The notes under the pieces were generated by a model. That model did no database searches. It was not told where the DNA came from and saw only the letters and a program-made list of their open reading frames with translations. From positions 1 through 64,000 of the IMG/VR virus record IMGVR_UViG_3300027770_001980: a DNA stretch of 64,000 nucleotides; one strand, 5' to 3'. Both the position numbers and the translations under genes were made by a program. This document shows positions 52,294 through 62,629 of the stretch, piece by piece. Positions within the stretch are counted from its first letter, which is position 1. The number at the start of each line of letters is the position of its first letter.

Positions 52294-53016
52294 ATGAGCA
52301 AAAAAGCAACCTTATCAGAATTTATAGTAAAAGCAGAAAATATACATAAAAAATTTTATACATATGAAAATGCTGTATATATTGATGCATTAACAAAGTT
52401 ATCTATCACATGCAAAGAACATGGAGAATTCTGGCAAACTCCTGGTGATCATGTTTATGGACACGGATGTCCGCAATGCAAGGCGGTTAAAAGATCATGT
52501 AAATGGACTGATATAATTTTGTTATTTCAAGAAAAACATAATGGGTACTATTCATACGACGAAACTACATACATAAGAAATAGCATAAAAATGAGAATAA
52601 TATGCCCCGTGCATGGAGAATTTTGGCAAAAACCCGAGTTGCATAAAAACGGATCAGGCTGTAAACTATGTACTGCAAGTGGTGGTCCCGGAAAGTATTG
52701 CGAAACAATTTTTAATAGAAATCCTGAACTCAAGTTAAAGAATGGATATTTGTATTTTATAGAATTACATGATGCAGATGGTTCTAAATTTTATAAAATA
52801 GGAATTACTGTTTCAATGAAAAATAGATTTTATAAATTTATAGAAAAAAATAATGGAAAAATATGTTGGATCAATGAAGATACATTATACAACTGTTTTT
52901 TAAAAGAACAATATGTACTTAAAAAATATAAACATGTATCATACATACCTTCCAGTTTAAAAATAGGAGGAAAACACGAATGCTTTTCAAAGGAATTATA
53001 TACAGATGATATTTAA
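52294..53016 (+). CDS. putative homing endonuclease with Zn-ribbon repeats
   Basis: Two C..HGEFWQ.P..H..G.GC..C repeats; C-terminal LYFIEL...YKIGIT. Confidence 0.7.
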   Translation: MSKKATLSEFIVKAENIHKKFYTYENAVYIDALTKLSITCKEHGEFWQTPGDHVYGHGCPQCKAVKRSCKWTDIILLFQEKHNGYYSYDETTYIRNSIKMRIICPVHGEFWQKPELHKNGSGCKLCTASGGPGKYCETIFNRNPELKLKNGYLYFIELHDADGSKFYKIGITVSMKNRFYKFIEKNNGKICWINEDTLYNCFLKEQYVLKKYKHVSYIPSSLKIGGKHECFSKELYTDDI

Positions 53017-53470
53017 CAAACTCAAAGATCTTAAATCTCAAAATAAAAAAATTGGTATTGTTTTTAGTGCATGGGACCTTTTTCATGCTGGCCATATTGC
53101 TATGTTAGCAGAAGCAAAGAATCATTGTGATTACTTGATTGCAGCATTACAAACTGATCCAACCATTGATCGCCCAGACAGTAAAAATCCACCAATCCAA
53201 ACTATTGTAGAACGACAAATACAGGTCAGCACTAATCGCAATGTGGACGAAGTAGTTGTATATCAGACAGAAAAAGACTTGGAAGACCTCTTGCTTATTT
53301 TGCCTGTTGATGTTAGAATATTAGGTGTAGAGTATAAAGACAAAGACTTCACTGGTAAGGATATTTGTCTCAAGCGCGGAATTGAAATTGTCTACAATGG
53401 ACGAGATCATTCCTTTAGTAGTAGCAGCCTACGCAAGCGTGTGGCAGAAGCAGAAGGAAGAAAGAAATGA
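53006..53470 (+). CDS. glycerol-3-phosphate cytidylyltransferase-like (TagD family)
   Basis: DLFHAGH, ALQTDP, R.H.FSSS. Confidence 0.85.
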   Translation: MIFNKLKDLKSQNKKIGIVFSAWDLFHAGHIAMLAEAKNHCDYLIAALQTDPTIDRPDSKNPPIQTIVERQIQVSTNRNVDEVVVYQTEKDLEDLLLILPVDVRILGVEYKDKDFTGKDICLKRGIEIVYNGRDHSFSSSSLRKRVAEAEGRKK

Positions 53471-53760
53471 ACTGGTTAAAACGACGACTACGTATTTGGG
53501 CATTTAGCGACAATGAATCCGACCTGATAACATCAAATAAGGTAAGGAAGGGATCCCTTACTATATCCGCCGACGAAACTCTTAGCTCAGACCCATTACG
53601 TCTAAGCATCTATCGTGCCAACGGTGGAATAGTTGTTGAGACTCGTACATATGATCGTCAGAAGGATCGTAATCAAACTCAACTACACATCGTAGGGCAT
53701 GATGAAGATCTCGGTCGCAGTCTAAGTAAAATCATCACCATGGAGTCATTACGTGGATAA
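53467..53760 (+). CDS. hypothetical protein
   Basis: ORF. Confidence 0.65.
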   Translation: MNWLKRRLRIWAFSDNESDLITSNKVRKGSLTISADETLSSDPLRLSIYRANGGIVVETRTYDRQKDRNQTQLHIVGHDEDLGRSLSKIITMESLRG

Positions 53761-54004
53761 GTGTACCATCTGTAAAAAAGAATATAGTCCAGATTGCGAC
53801 TACAATCAAGGACGCTGCCCACATCATCCACCAATGCTGAATATCCAACCCAAAGATACCAGCAAAGGACATTTTTATGTTAGTATTGTAAAGAGTATGT
53901 TTCGTATTGGGGCAGGCGGATGCCTAATGCAAGGCAACTTGTTTTTTGCCGGCTTCTTACTAATCTTTGCGGAAATATTAGGCATTGTCGAGGAGTTAGT
54001 GTAA
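53753..54004 (+). CDS. hypothetical membrane protein
   Basis: Cys-rich N-terminus, hydrophobic C-terminus. Confidence 0.6.
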   Translation: MDKCTICKKEYSPDCDYNQGRCPHHPPMLNIQPKDTSKGHFYVSIVKSMFRIGAGGCLMQGNLFFAGFLLIFAEILGIVEELV

Positions 54005-54005
54005 A

Positions 54006-54197
54006 ATGTATGATAAAGAAGCAGTAAGAAAACGCATGAATGAATTAATGGAACCAATTGATCGTCAGATTATGATGAGTGATTCCAGAGAAGAATTGTT
54101 GATGTTGGCATGTGCTATGCAACAACGCACAACTGAAATTTTTGATGCCGAACTTGGTGTGAATGGTAGAAAACGAATGTATGAGGATTATGTATGA
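54006..54197 (+). CDS. hypothetical protein
   Basis: ORF. Confidence 0.6.
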   Translation: MYDKEAVRKRMNELMEPIDRQIMMSDSREELLMLACAMQQRTTEIFDAELGVNGRKRMYEDYV

Positions 54198-55114
54198 TTG
54201 AATTATGGGTCGAGGCATATAGGCCAAAAAAAGTCAGCGACTATGTGTTCAGAGATGACGCACAGCGTAGACAAGTTAACTCTTGGATCAAGGAAGGCAG
54301 TATTCCTCATCTATTGTTGAGCGGTGCGGCTGGCATTGGCAAGACCACGTTGGCCAAAGTTCTATGCAATGAACTCAACATCGAAGAATATGATATATTA
54401 GAGATCAATGCGTCGCGTGATAACAACGTAGAAACGGTACGTGATAAGATCATCAACTTTGTGCAGATGATTCCGTTTGGTCCTTTTAAGGTAGTATTAT
54501 TAGATGAAGCAGATTATCTCACTCCTAACGCACAGGCAATCCTACGAGGAGTTATGGAGACCTACAGTAACCATAGTAGGTTTATTCTTACTTGCAATTA
54601 TCCGAATAGAATTATTCCTGCTCTCCATAGCCGCTGCCAGGGCTTTCACATCGAAAAAACCGATCTAACTGAATACACGGCACGGGTGGCTACTATTCTT
54701 GTAGAAGAGGCTGTAGAGTTTGATCTCGATACATTGGATACATATGTCAAAGTAGCATATCCAGATTTACGTAAATGTATTAATATGGTACAGCAAAATG
54801 TCAGCGACGGTCGACTACAAACTCCCACAGCAGGTGAAGAAGGTGTAAGTGACTACAAGATCGAAATGGTTGAGTTGTTTAAGAAAGGCAAGATTAAAGA
54901 AGCAAGGACATTGCTATGTGGTCGTGCTCGCCCAGAAGAAATGGGTGATATCTTTAGATGGTTATATGACAACTTAGATCTATTTGGCAAGACTGAAGAA
55001 CAGAAAGATTCGGCATTGTTGATCATCAAACAAGGACTGTGTGACCATGCGATTTGTGCCGACAGCGAGATAAATTTAGCAGCAACTTTGACAAAACTGG
55101 CTCGTCTACAATAA
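54194..55114 (+). CDS. clamp loader subunit (RFC small subunit / T4 gp44-like)
   Basis: LWVEAYRP, GAAGIGKTT, EINAS, LDEAD, SRC, DLRK. Confidence 0.92.
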   Translation: MIELWVEAYRPKKVSDYVFRDDAQRRQVNSWIKEGSIPHLLLSGAAGIGKTTLAKVLCNELNIEEYDILEINASRDNNVETVRDKIINFVQMIPFGPFKVVLLDEADYLTPNAQAILRGVMETYSNHSRFILTCNYPNRIIPALHSRCQGFHIEKTDLTEYTARVATILVEEAVEFDLDTLDTYVKVAYPDLRKCINMVQQNVSDGRLQTPTAGEEGVSDYKIEMVELFKKGKIKEARTLLCGRARPEEMGDIFRWLYDNLDLFGKTEEQKDSALLIIKQGLCDHAICADSEINLAATLTKLARLQ

Positions 55115-55116
55115 AC

Positions 55117-55155
55117 AAACCGCACAGTCGATGCAGGTCGAATACTGTGCGGTTT
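55117..55155. terminator. hairpin between convergent genes
   Basis: AAACCGCACAGT / ACTGTGCGGTTT. Confidence 0.7.
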
Positions 55156-55176
55156 ATCGTTGTTATTGTAAGTTAG

Positions 55177-55941
55177 TTAATCGCTGGTTTCTTCCTTATA
55201 GATTTTTAATACTTCCTTAACGACTGGATGTCGTTCAATATCTCGAGTTTCAAATCTCGCCATTGCGATCATTCGGCAATCACCTCCTCCATCGAACAAT
55301 CCGCAAAACTCTAGGAGACCGTTTTCACTAGGACGGTCGGCTTGGTTTAAATCTCCAGTAACTACCATACGAGAATTGTTACCAATTCTTGTTAATAGCA
55401 TCTTCATCTGACTCGGTGTAGCATTTTGCATTTCGTCAGCAATGACAAAAGCATTTTTAAATGTTCTACCTCTCATGTATGCCAATGGTGAAATCTCAAT
55501 AGATCCATCCTCTAACATACTGGCTATCTCTTTAGGATGATAGTATTCTTCAAAGACATCAAATATAGGTCTTGTCCAGGGTGCCATTTTGGCATTTAGA
55601 TCCCCGGGTAAAAACCCATGTTCTTCATCTACCGAAACAGCGGGGCGGGTTACAATTATCTTACTGATAGACCCTTCCTTGTACAATTTAATTGCCATCT
55701 GTACGGCCAACATTGTTTTGCCCGTACCGGCTGGGCCGATGGCTAAAATAATGTATTTCTTGGGGTTTTTTAGCAATTCAAGATAGTTCTCTTGACTTAG
55801 GTTACGTGGAACTATATTGACTTGCTGGCTGCGTTTTAAGTAGGTCTTAATTTGTATTAAGTTACTATGTGGTTCTTTATGGAATCGTGGATCTCGTTGT
55901 TCACTCATATCCCTGTCCCTTCTTCTATTAGCTCTAGGCAA
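55177..55941 (-). CDS. phoH: PhoH-like ATPase
   Basis: GPAGTGKT, TRPAV, GFLPG, AYMRGRTF, DEMQN, GDLNQAD; TTG start after GGAGG. Confidence 0.93.
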   Translation of the reverse strand: MPRANRRRDRDMSEQRDPRFHKEPHSNLIQIKTYLKRSQQVNIVPRNLSQENYLELLKNPKKYIILAIGPAGTGKTMLAVQMAIKLYKEGSISKIIVTRPAVSVDEEHGFLPGDLNAKMAPWTRPIFDVFEEYYHPKEIASMLEDGSIEISPLAYMRGRTFKNAFVIADEMQNATPSQMKMLLTRIGNNSRMVVTGDLNQADRPSENGLLEFCGLFDGGGDCRMIAMARFETRDIERHPVVKEVLKIYKEETSD

Positions 55942-56087
55942 TTTTACCTCCTTGGTGAAGATCGACCTGCAACAATATTTAAAAGTTATTTCAAAATACC
56001 CGCTCAAAGGCATTGATTTTGGATCCCGGCTGATTTAAGGGTTAGTATCGGTTGAGAATGGATAAATATTCTATATAGAGAACCCCT

Positions 56088-56609
56088 ATGCACGACATTA
56101 TAGACGTAATTAAAAACCTACAAACACTGAGTGAAAACAATAGTGCATTTAAAGTGCTCAAAGACTTTGAAAGAGTCATTGACGAATTAGATGTTTATGT
56201 GTTTAAAAATTGGGAAGAAGGCGAACTTATCGCCGGACCTGATGTAAATCGCTATGATGTAAAATGTAAGTTTATGTGGACACGCGAAAACATGCCTGAT
56301 CCTAAAGGTGGCAAACGATTAGTAGACTACGGTTGTCAAGTGGTATTTGCTAAAGAATCAGTTATGATTCCACGTAAGATTAAAGAACCAGGTGATTTCC
56401 GTCCTGGCACAAAGAAAGGCAAGATTGATGCACATCCTATTTGGACTGTGACTATTACTATGCCAAAAAAATTAATGCAAGATGTTTATGTGGGTAAAGA
56501 AAACAAAGAGAATAACCGAATGGCAGAATTAATGAAATATAGCCAACAAGATGCAGAAGTTGAAAATACCGCACAGGAATCACCAGAGGAGGCACCAACT
56601 AATGCGTAA
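56088..56609 (+). CDS. hypothetical protein
   Basis: ORF after TAAATA. Confidence 0.7.
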   Translation: MHDIIDVIKNLQTLSENNSAFKVLKDFERVIDELDVYVFKNWEEGELIAGPDVNRYDVKCKFMWTRENMPDPKGGKRLVDYGCQVVFAKESVMIPRKIKEPGDFRPGTKKGKIDAHPIWTVTITMPKKLMQDVYVGKENKENNRMAELMKYSQQDAEVENTAQESPEEAPTNA

Positions 56610-57342
56610 TTTAAATGAAGGACTAAGATCCGGAGACCTTGAAAACTATGTTTCGGAACTCTTTACTGTTGACCAATATAGAAGCAAAATGGGCGAAGAC
56701 AGTGATGTTATAGTTTTAGGATTCCATGTGCGTGAAAAGAATCCTGCTATTGATATGATGGAATTTATCGAACGTGGATATGATTTTATTCTCGACGCCG
56801 ACATGAGTGCCGGTGAAGAAAATGACGGACAATATCAAGTGTTTGTTGAAATTGAAAGAACCCCTAATCTCAAAACACAATTGAAAGAATTGTTAGGCGG
56901 AGTTGGACAATTATGTAATTGCAGTGAATGGAGATTCCGCTATCAGAAGTCTAAAAATAGTTTGGAATTTAATGAAGAAAATATTACCGAGGCTATCCCA
57001 ATGACTAAACAAGATTACGAAGGCAAGATTATGGAAATTAAAAATACCGATATTAGAGAATTCTTTGATCAAGGTATAGTCAATGTCGATCTTGCGGAGG
57101 ATAACACACTGATATTCAGCAAACCATATGCTGGCGATATCGCTGCTAAATTTATCGCGATTGGCGATTATGAAGATGTTAAGAATACTGTTCCTGGACC
57201 TATCTCTTTAGATGAGAGCAGCCAAAGCCAAATGTTCTTCTTGACCAAATATATTGGCAATTATGAAATTAATAAAATTGGTAATAAATTCCTAATCAGG
57301 AATGGAGATAGGGCAGTAGTCTTAGAAAAAGATAGGTGGTAA
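56602..57342 (+). CDS. hypothetical protein
   Basis: Start at MRNLNEGL. Confidence 0.7.
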   Translation: MRNLNEGLRSGDLENYVSELFTVDQYRSKMGEDSDVIVLGFHVREKNPAIDMMEFIERGYDFILDADMSAGEENDGQYQVFVEIERTPNLKTQLKELLGGVGQLCNCSEWRFRYQKSKNSLEFNEENITEAIPMTKQDYEGKIMEIKNTDIREFFDQGIVNVDLAEDNTLIFSKPYAGDIAAKFIAIGDYEDVKNTVPGPISLDESSQSQMFFLTKYIGNYEINKIGNKFLIRNGDRAVVLEKDRW

Positions 57343-57343
57343 C

Positions 57344-57805
57344 ATGTGGTTAATGGATTTCATGCCTGACTGGATATTCCACGCAATACTATTGGCAGGT
57401 TCACTGGGCTTAATAGCCAGTTTCATATTAAATTTTATTCCTACTTTCAAACTTTATCATTTACCTCTGCAGGTCATATCTGTATTGCTAATCGCATTAG
57501 GTATTTGGTTCGAAGGTGCTATGAGTAATCAAGCAGAATGGGAGGCTAAGGTTAAAGATTTAGAAGTCAAGGTAGCAGAAGCACAGGCACAAAGCCAAGA
57601 AGAAAATATCAAGATCGTAACTAAAACGGTTAAACAAATACAAGTGATTCGAGAACAAGGACAAAATATTATCACCTATGTGGATAAGGAAGTAGTCAAG
57701 GACCGAGAGGTCGTTAAGTTTGTAGAGAACTGCCCTATTCCCGAAATCATCATCAGCACACATAATGCAGCAGCATTGAATAAAATCATCGAGGATAAGA
57801 AATGA
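57344..57805 (+). CDS. putative inner-membrane spanin (Rz-like)
   Basis: N-terminal TM helices, coiled coil, C-terminal Cys; precedes a lipoprotein and the endolysin. Confidence 0.55.
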   Translation: MWLMDFMPDWIFHAILLAGSLGLIASFILNFIPTFKLYHLPLQVISVLLIALGIWFEGAMSNQAEWEAKVKDLEVKVAEAQAQSQEENIKIVTKTVKQIQVIREQGQNIITYVDKEVVKDREVVKFVENCPIPEIIISTHNAAALNKIIEDKK

Positions 57806-58092
57806 ACTTGATTAAATTATTCGTCCTGGTAATTTTTATCATACTGGCATTTTTAATGACAGGATGTAGCACTACTGTTCCTGTAACAGCAAGATTCCCA
57901 GATGCACCTGTGTTGATATTAGAAAAATGTCCACCATTGAAAACCATCGAAGGTGAAAAAGTTTCTATCACTGATCTCATTAAAACCGTCACCCAAAATT
58001 ATACTACATATTACGAATGTGCAGAAAAGAATAATGCTTGGGTAGAATGGTATCAAACACAAAAACCAATATTTGAAAAGGTAGGAAAATAA
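57802..58092 (+). CDS. putative outer-membrane spanin (Rz1-like lipoprotein)
   Basis: Lipobox LMTG-C, Pro-rich segment. Confidence 0.65.
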   Translation: MNLIKLFVLVIFIILAFLMTGCSTTVPVTARFPDAPVLILEKCPPLKTIEGEKVSITDLIKTVTQNYTTYYECAEKNNAWVEWYQTQKPIFEKVGK

Positions 58093-58716
58093 ATGTCAAA
58101 CTTTATTTTAAACAAATCACAGTTATCACAACTTATCCCAGGTAATCCATATATTGATTATTGGTATCACGCATTAGAACAAGCATTGCCGGATTATGAT
58201 ATTAATACTCCAAACCGTGTCGCTGCTTTCATGGCACAATGTGCTCACGAATCCGGTGGGTTTAGAGCACTGAAGGAGAACTTGAATTATCGTGCCGTTA
58301 CGTTAAGAAAAGTATTTCCTAAATATTTCCCCAGTGACGATATCGCTAACGCATATGCAGGTAAACAAGAAATGATCGCTAACCGTGTTTATGGTGGACG
58401 TATGGGCAATGGAGATGAAAATAGTGGAGATGGATTTCGTTATTGTGGACGTGGTTTGATACAACTTACCGGTAAACAAAATTATCAAGCATTTGCCGAC
58501 AGTATTGAAACACCAGTAGAAGATTTGCCAGAATATTTGGCCACATTTGAAGGTGCTGTCCAAAGTGCTTGCTGGTTCTGGGAAAGTAACAATTTAAATC
58601 AATTTGCCGACAAAGGTGATATTTTAACAATGACTAAACGTATCAACGGTGGTACTATTGGTTTAGAGGATCGTATCAAACACTACGAACATGCATTACA
58701 TGTATTAGGAGCATAA
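58093..58716 (+). CDS. GH19 family endolysin
   Basis: FMAQCAHESGGF, ENLNY, YCGRGLIQLTG, TKRINGG. Confidence 0.92.
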   Translation: MSNFILNKSQLSQLIPGNPYIDYWYHALEQALPDYDINTPNRVAAFMAQCAHESGGFRALKENLNYRAVTLRKVFPKYFPSDDIANAYAGKQEMIANRVYGGRMGNGDENSGDGFRYCGRGLIQLTGKQNYQAFADSIETPVEDLPEYLATFEGAVQSACWFWESNNLNQFADKGDILTMTKRINGGTIGLEDRIKHYEHALHVLGA

Positions 58717-58717
58717 C

Positions 58718-59170
58718 ATGTCAACACAAGAACATGATATTGAAGCATTAGTTAAAGATGTAAAAGAATTACGGGATGCTCAGATGGCTGCTGCCAGTAA
58801 AGGTGGCCTGGTCGAGAAGATAACCTTTGCAGGAATACCCATCATGTTTTCATGCATAGTGTATCTCATGACGGCATTGAGTGCAGCCAGTCATGATCTA
58901 ACTGTGCTACAAAGCAAAATCAATGTGGTAGTGAGTGCCGAAAACAAGGCCATTCCGCCTCAAGGCACCACTATCGAGATGGAAAAGATCAAGGAAGAAG
59001 CAGCACTGGCCCGAGCAGCAATGACCCTGGAGCGTGTGAAAGACTTTGCTGCCATGAGAGAAGAATCAGCATTGAGCCGAGCAAAAATCCGTGAAGACTC
59101 GGCCTTGGCCCGTGCAGATTTGGATAGTCGCATTGATTTACTTGAATACAAAGTATTTGGCAAAAGATAA
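58718..59170 (+). CDS. membrane protein with coiled coil
   Basis: One TM segment. Confidence 0.6.
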   Translation: MSTQEHDIEALVKDVKELRDAQMAAASKGGLVEKITFAGIPIMFSCIVYLMTALSAASHDLTVLQSKINVVVSAENKAIPPQGTTIEMEKIKEEAALARAAMTLERVKDFAAMREESALSRAKIREDSALARADLDSRIDLLEYKVFGKR

Positions 59171-59181
59171 AGGAGCAGAAC

Positions 59182-59718
59182 ATGGCAGACGAAGCAAAAC
59201 CATTATCACGTAGCGAGCGTGAAGCACAGATCAAAGACAAGTCGGGATTAGTCATTGTCTTTATGGCATTATTTTTAGCAGGTAATACCTACATTGCTAA
59301 TAACTTTAGCAGTATTGCTCAAACTAACTTATTAAAAGCCAGTAACACATATGGATTTTATCAATCTAAAAGTATCAAGCAAAGTATTGCTGAAGGGCAA
59401 TTAGAAGATGCCAAACGAGATAAGGACAAAGATCGTATCGCTAAATTAGAAGCAAAGATTGCTCGATATGAAAGTGAACCTGACAAAGGTGAAGGTAAGA
59501 AAGAACTTCTTGAAAAAGCAAGAGCACAAGACGCTGCTCGCGATGAAGCAAGATTGCATACTCCATGGCTAACATTTGCTGGTATGTTATTCCAATTAGC
59601 AATCGTGTTGTTATCTGCCGCTATATTAACTGTCAATAACAACATGTATAGAGCCAGTTGGGTAGTCGGCGGAGTAGGACTGTTTCTAATGGCACAGGGC
59701 TATTGGCTATTCTTTTAA
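59182..59718 (+). CDS. DUF4337-like membrane protein
   Basis: YQSKSIKQ, FQLAIVLLS, three TM segments. Confidence 0.6.
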   Translation: MADEAKPLSRSEREAQIKDKSGLVIVFMALFLAGNTYIANNFSSIAQTNLLKASNTYGFYQSKSIKQSIAEGQLEDAKRDKDKDRIAKLEAKIARYESEPDKGEGKKELLEKARAQDAARDEARLHTPWLTFAGMLFQLAIVLLSAAILTVNNNMYRASWVVGGVGLFLMAQGYWLFF

Positions 59719-59785
59719 CTAAACTACATACTTAACTTTCCGCTCTACCGCTTTAAATAATAGCATACTATTATGGAGCGGCACA

Positions 59786-59989
59786 ATGTGGATTACAAAA
59801 CCCGGAATAATGATCTCCGCAATCGCGACATTATTCCTTACGACCGCTGATCCACAACCAAAAAGCCCTGATAAAAATAAAGAATACGTATGTGTTCGTT
59901 GGTCAGGTTCCGGTGACTTTAGTCAAAATCAACCCAGCATCTGTTTACAATGGGAACTAAAGGATAAGCCTTGGTTTAGGAAGACTTAA
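59786..59989 (+). CDS. small exported protein
   Basis: Signal-like N-terminus, two Cys. Confidence 0.5.
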   Translation: MWITKPGIMISAIATLFLTTADPQPKSPDKNKEYVCVRWSGSGDFSQNQPSICLQWELKDKPWFRKT

Positions 59990-60481
59990 ATGATAGATCC
60001 GTTTACCGCCTTTGCGTTGGCCCAAGGTGCTGTTGCTGGTATCAAACAGGCTGTGAAACTGGGCAAAGACATCAACGGACTCATACACGAGTTTAGTGAT
60101 TTTTATAAGGCCGCAGATGAAGTTCATAATGCCAGTATAAAATTAAAAGTTCAAAGCATCAGGATGAGTGATGCCGAAATTGGAGCACAGGCTTTGAAAA
60201 TGGCTATGGCATCCAGAGCATTAAGACAGCATGAAAAAGAATTAAAAGATATATTGTTCTGGTCCGGCAATGCTGATGTTTACTATGAAATGCAGGCCGA
60301 ACGCAAACGCATGATGGAAGAACGTCAGGCAGAAGAAAAACGTATAGAAGAACAGAAACAAAAAGACCGAGAGATGAAGGCTCAGGCTATAATGGCCACA
60401 CTATGGCTCATGGGAAGCCTTTGTATCGTCATTCCCCTCTGCACTATCCTATTCCAATTAATAACCGTAAAACATCTGTAA
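59990..60481 (+). CDS. membrane-anchored coiled-coil protein
   Basis: MIDPFTAFA; C-terminal TM. Confidence 0.65.
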   Translation: MIDPFTAFALAQGAVAGIKQAVKLGKDINGLIHEFSDFYKAADEVHNASIKLKVQSIRMSDAEIGAQALKMAMASRALRQHEKELKDILFWSGNADVYYEMQAERKRMMEERQAEEKRIEEQKQKDREMKAQAIMATLWLMGSLCIVIPLCTILFQLITVKHL

Positions 60482-60528
60482 ATCCTAAAAGTGCATAAAT
60501 ACTGATACACTACACTAGGAGCGTTATC

Positions 60529-62586
60529 GTGATTCAGAAAATAAAAAGTGGCCTCATGGCCGCCTTACTTGCCTTCGCGACCATTGGTCAGGCACAAAAT
60601 GTAATAATAGAAAATGAATATGTTAGAGCAGGTGTTAACTTGTCTACAGGAACGTTGGGCTCAGGGGGTGCCACACGTCCTGGACTACAATACGATAACA
60701 CCGGAACGCATACTTGGCCTTGCAGTAGTTGCCAAGGCGACTATCTAACACCAGGTAGCCCATTTGAAGGCTTTACTGTTAGAATAGAAGATAGTTCAGG
60801 AACATTGATCCGTTCATATACAAATAATAACACCGGAACTAAAAGTATCACAGGTGGTGTTTGGTCAGGAAGTCCTACAGCAGCCAGTGCCATATGGGCT
60901 GCATCTACAGTAGACTTTGATATTACACATACCTACAGTCTACCAAGCGGACAGAAATACATTGATATAAACACACAATTTACTGCATTGGCTGCTATGC
61001 CAAAGTTATATTTTGGTCGTTATATTGACCCGGACGCGATGCCTATGACAGGCGATACCAGTGCTACTGATAACGTATTAGGTTATGGTGCCATCCCTGC
61101 AAAGAACGTGGTATTCTCCGAAGCCACTGTCAGTCGTTATGCATTGGGCTTATACACATCACAAACCACAGGTAGTTATGGTGCAGGTATCAGTTCATCA
61201 TGGTCTACTAATCCAAAAGATTATCTTAATAACACTGGAGGACTAACTGTAGTTAGAGGTGACTATACTATTGGATTAGGATTCATGGTAAGTGGAGTTA
61301 GCATAGGCGACATCGTTAATTTCCAATATGCTTACATATTTGGACCAAATGCATTTAGTGCAGCAGATTCAGCAGTGACAGGTGGTGCCGGTGGTGGAAC
61401 ATCAGGTACAGTACCAGGCGGCGGCACATTAGTCGACGTTGGAAGTGCTACATCATCTGGTGGTAGTTCATCCACTTCTACTCCTACCGTAACTGGCACA
61501 AGCACAGCAACTATTACAGTTTCCGATACTACCGCGGCTTCAACAACATTGCCGGTGGTAAGAGGATCTTTAGCACATCATACAGCAAGCGAAAGTGATA
61601 CTACACAAACTATCGCAAGAGAAACAACAACTACAGTAACAACTCCAATGGAAAGAAGATTGGTCACAAAAGTTAGAACAACTACTACATGGAGTGATGG
61701 TACTACAACTACAAGCGATAGTGCTACTACTACAACTACTACTGTATCAAATTCAGTAGCGACCAGCGTAGCGAATGCAAGTTTCTCCGGACGTATTGAT
61801 CAAGCAAGCCAACTATCCGGTATAAACAAAGATCTATTAAGTGGTATTGCTGTAAATCCATTCCGTGGAGATATGGTAGCAACTGAAGATGGACACTTTT
61901 TCATAGGTGGTGGACAAGCGACATCGGAGATGAAAAAGGGTTATGGTGCCAGCAGCGATTCCTTTAAACTTGGTGGAGATTTGAATATCAATAGTGATTG
62001 GCGTTTGGGTCTAAACTACAACAAAATTGATACTACTCTTACAGGGTCTGATAGCAAGACCAAACAAGATAAACAGGCAGTGGGTCTATACAGCATCTAC
62101 AAAACTGACGGCGATATTGTAATGGTGAATAATTTTAACTATGGACAAAATGACATCAGCAATAGTCGTAGCGTAGGCGGATTGTTCAACAATGCCTATA
62201 CAACAACGGGAAGTGATTTATGGGTTAACCACAGAGTTTATGCTCCTGAAATTGACAATGCAATTCGTCCTTTTGCTGGATATTCTGTAATACATTCAGA
62301 AACAAATGGTTACAAAGAGTCCGGTAGTGTACAAAGTGCAAGAACAGTGGGCAGCACCAGCAGCGATACTGGATATGCAGAAGCAGGCGTTCGTGTTAGC
62401 AAAAGAATCAACGATTTTGCTGTAACAGGCGAATTTGCTATGAATTCTGATACAAAAGTTACTGCTGAAGCAGGTATTACATATTCTCCATACAAAGATA
62501 TGAGTGTTGGTTTATATGGAACTACCCAACAAGGGCTTGAAAATAAGACAGATACGTGGGCTTTAAAAGGTGTAATGAGATTTTAA
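60529..62586 (+). CDS. autotransporter-like outer membrane protein
   Basis: Signal peptide, Thr/Ser-rich linker, amphipathic beta-strand C-terminal domain ending W-x-L-x-G-x-x-x-F. Confidence 0.65.
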   Translation: MIQKIKSGLMAALLAFATIGQAQNVIIENEYVRAGVNLSTGTLGSGGATRPGLQYDNTGTHTWPCSSCQGDYLTPGSPFEGFTVRIEDSSGTLIRSYTNNNTGTKSITGGVWSGSPTAASAIWAASTVDFDITHTYSLPSGQKYIDINTQFTALAAMPKLYFGRYIDPDAMPMTGDTSATDNVLGYGAIPAKNVVFSEATVSRYALGLYTSQTTGSYGAGISSSWSTNPKDYLNNTGGLTVVRGDYTIGLGFMVSGVSIGDIVNFQYAYIFGPNAFSAADSAVTGGAGGGTSGTVPGGGTLVDVGSATSSGGSSSTSTPTVTGTSTATITVSDTTAASTTLPVVRGSLAHHTASESDTTQTIARETTTTVTTPMERRLVTKVRTTTTWSDGTTTTSDSATTTTTTVSNSVATSVANASFSGRIDQASQLSGINKDLLSGIAVNPFRGDMVATEDGHFFIGGGQATSEMKKGYGASSDSFKLGGDLNINSDWRLGLNYNKIDTTLTGSDSKTKQDKQAVGLYSIYKTDGDIVMVNNFNYGQNDISNSRSVGGLFNNAYTTTGSDLWVNHRVYAPEIDNAIRPFAGYSVIHSETNGYKESGSVQSARTVGSTSSDTGYAEAGVRVSKRINDFAVTGEFAMNSDTKVTAEAGITYSPYKDMSVGLYGTTQQGLENKTDTWALKGVMRF

Positions 62587-62629
62587 TCCAAAAGATAATA
62601 AATATCAGTACACTTAACTGGAGTACACT

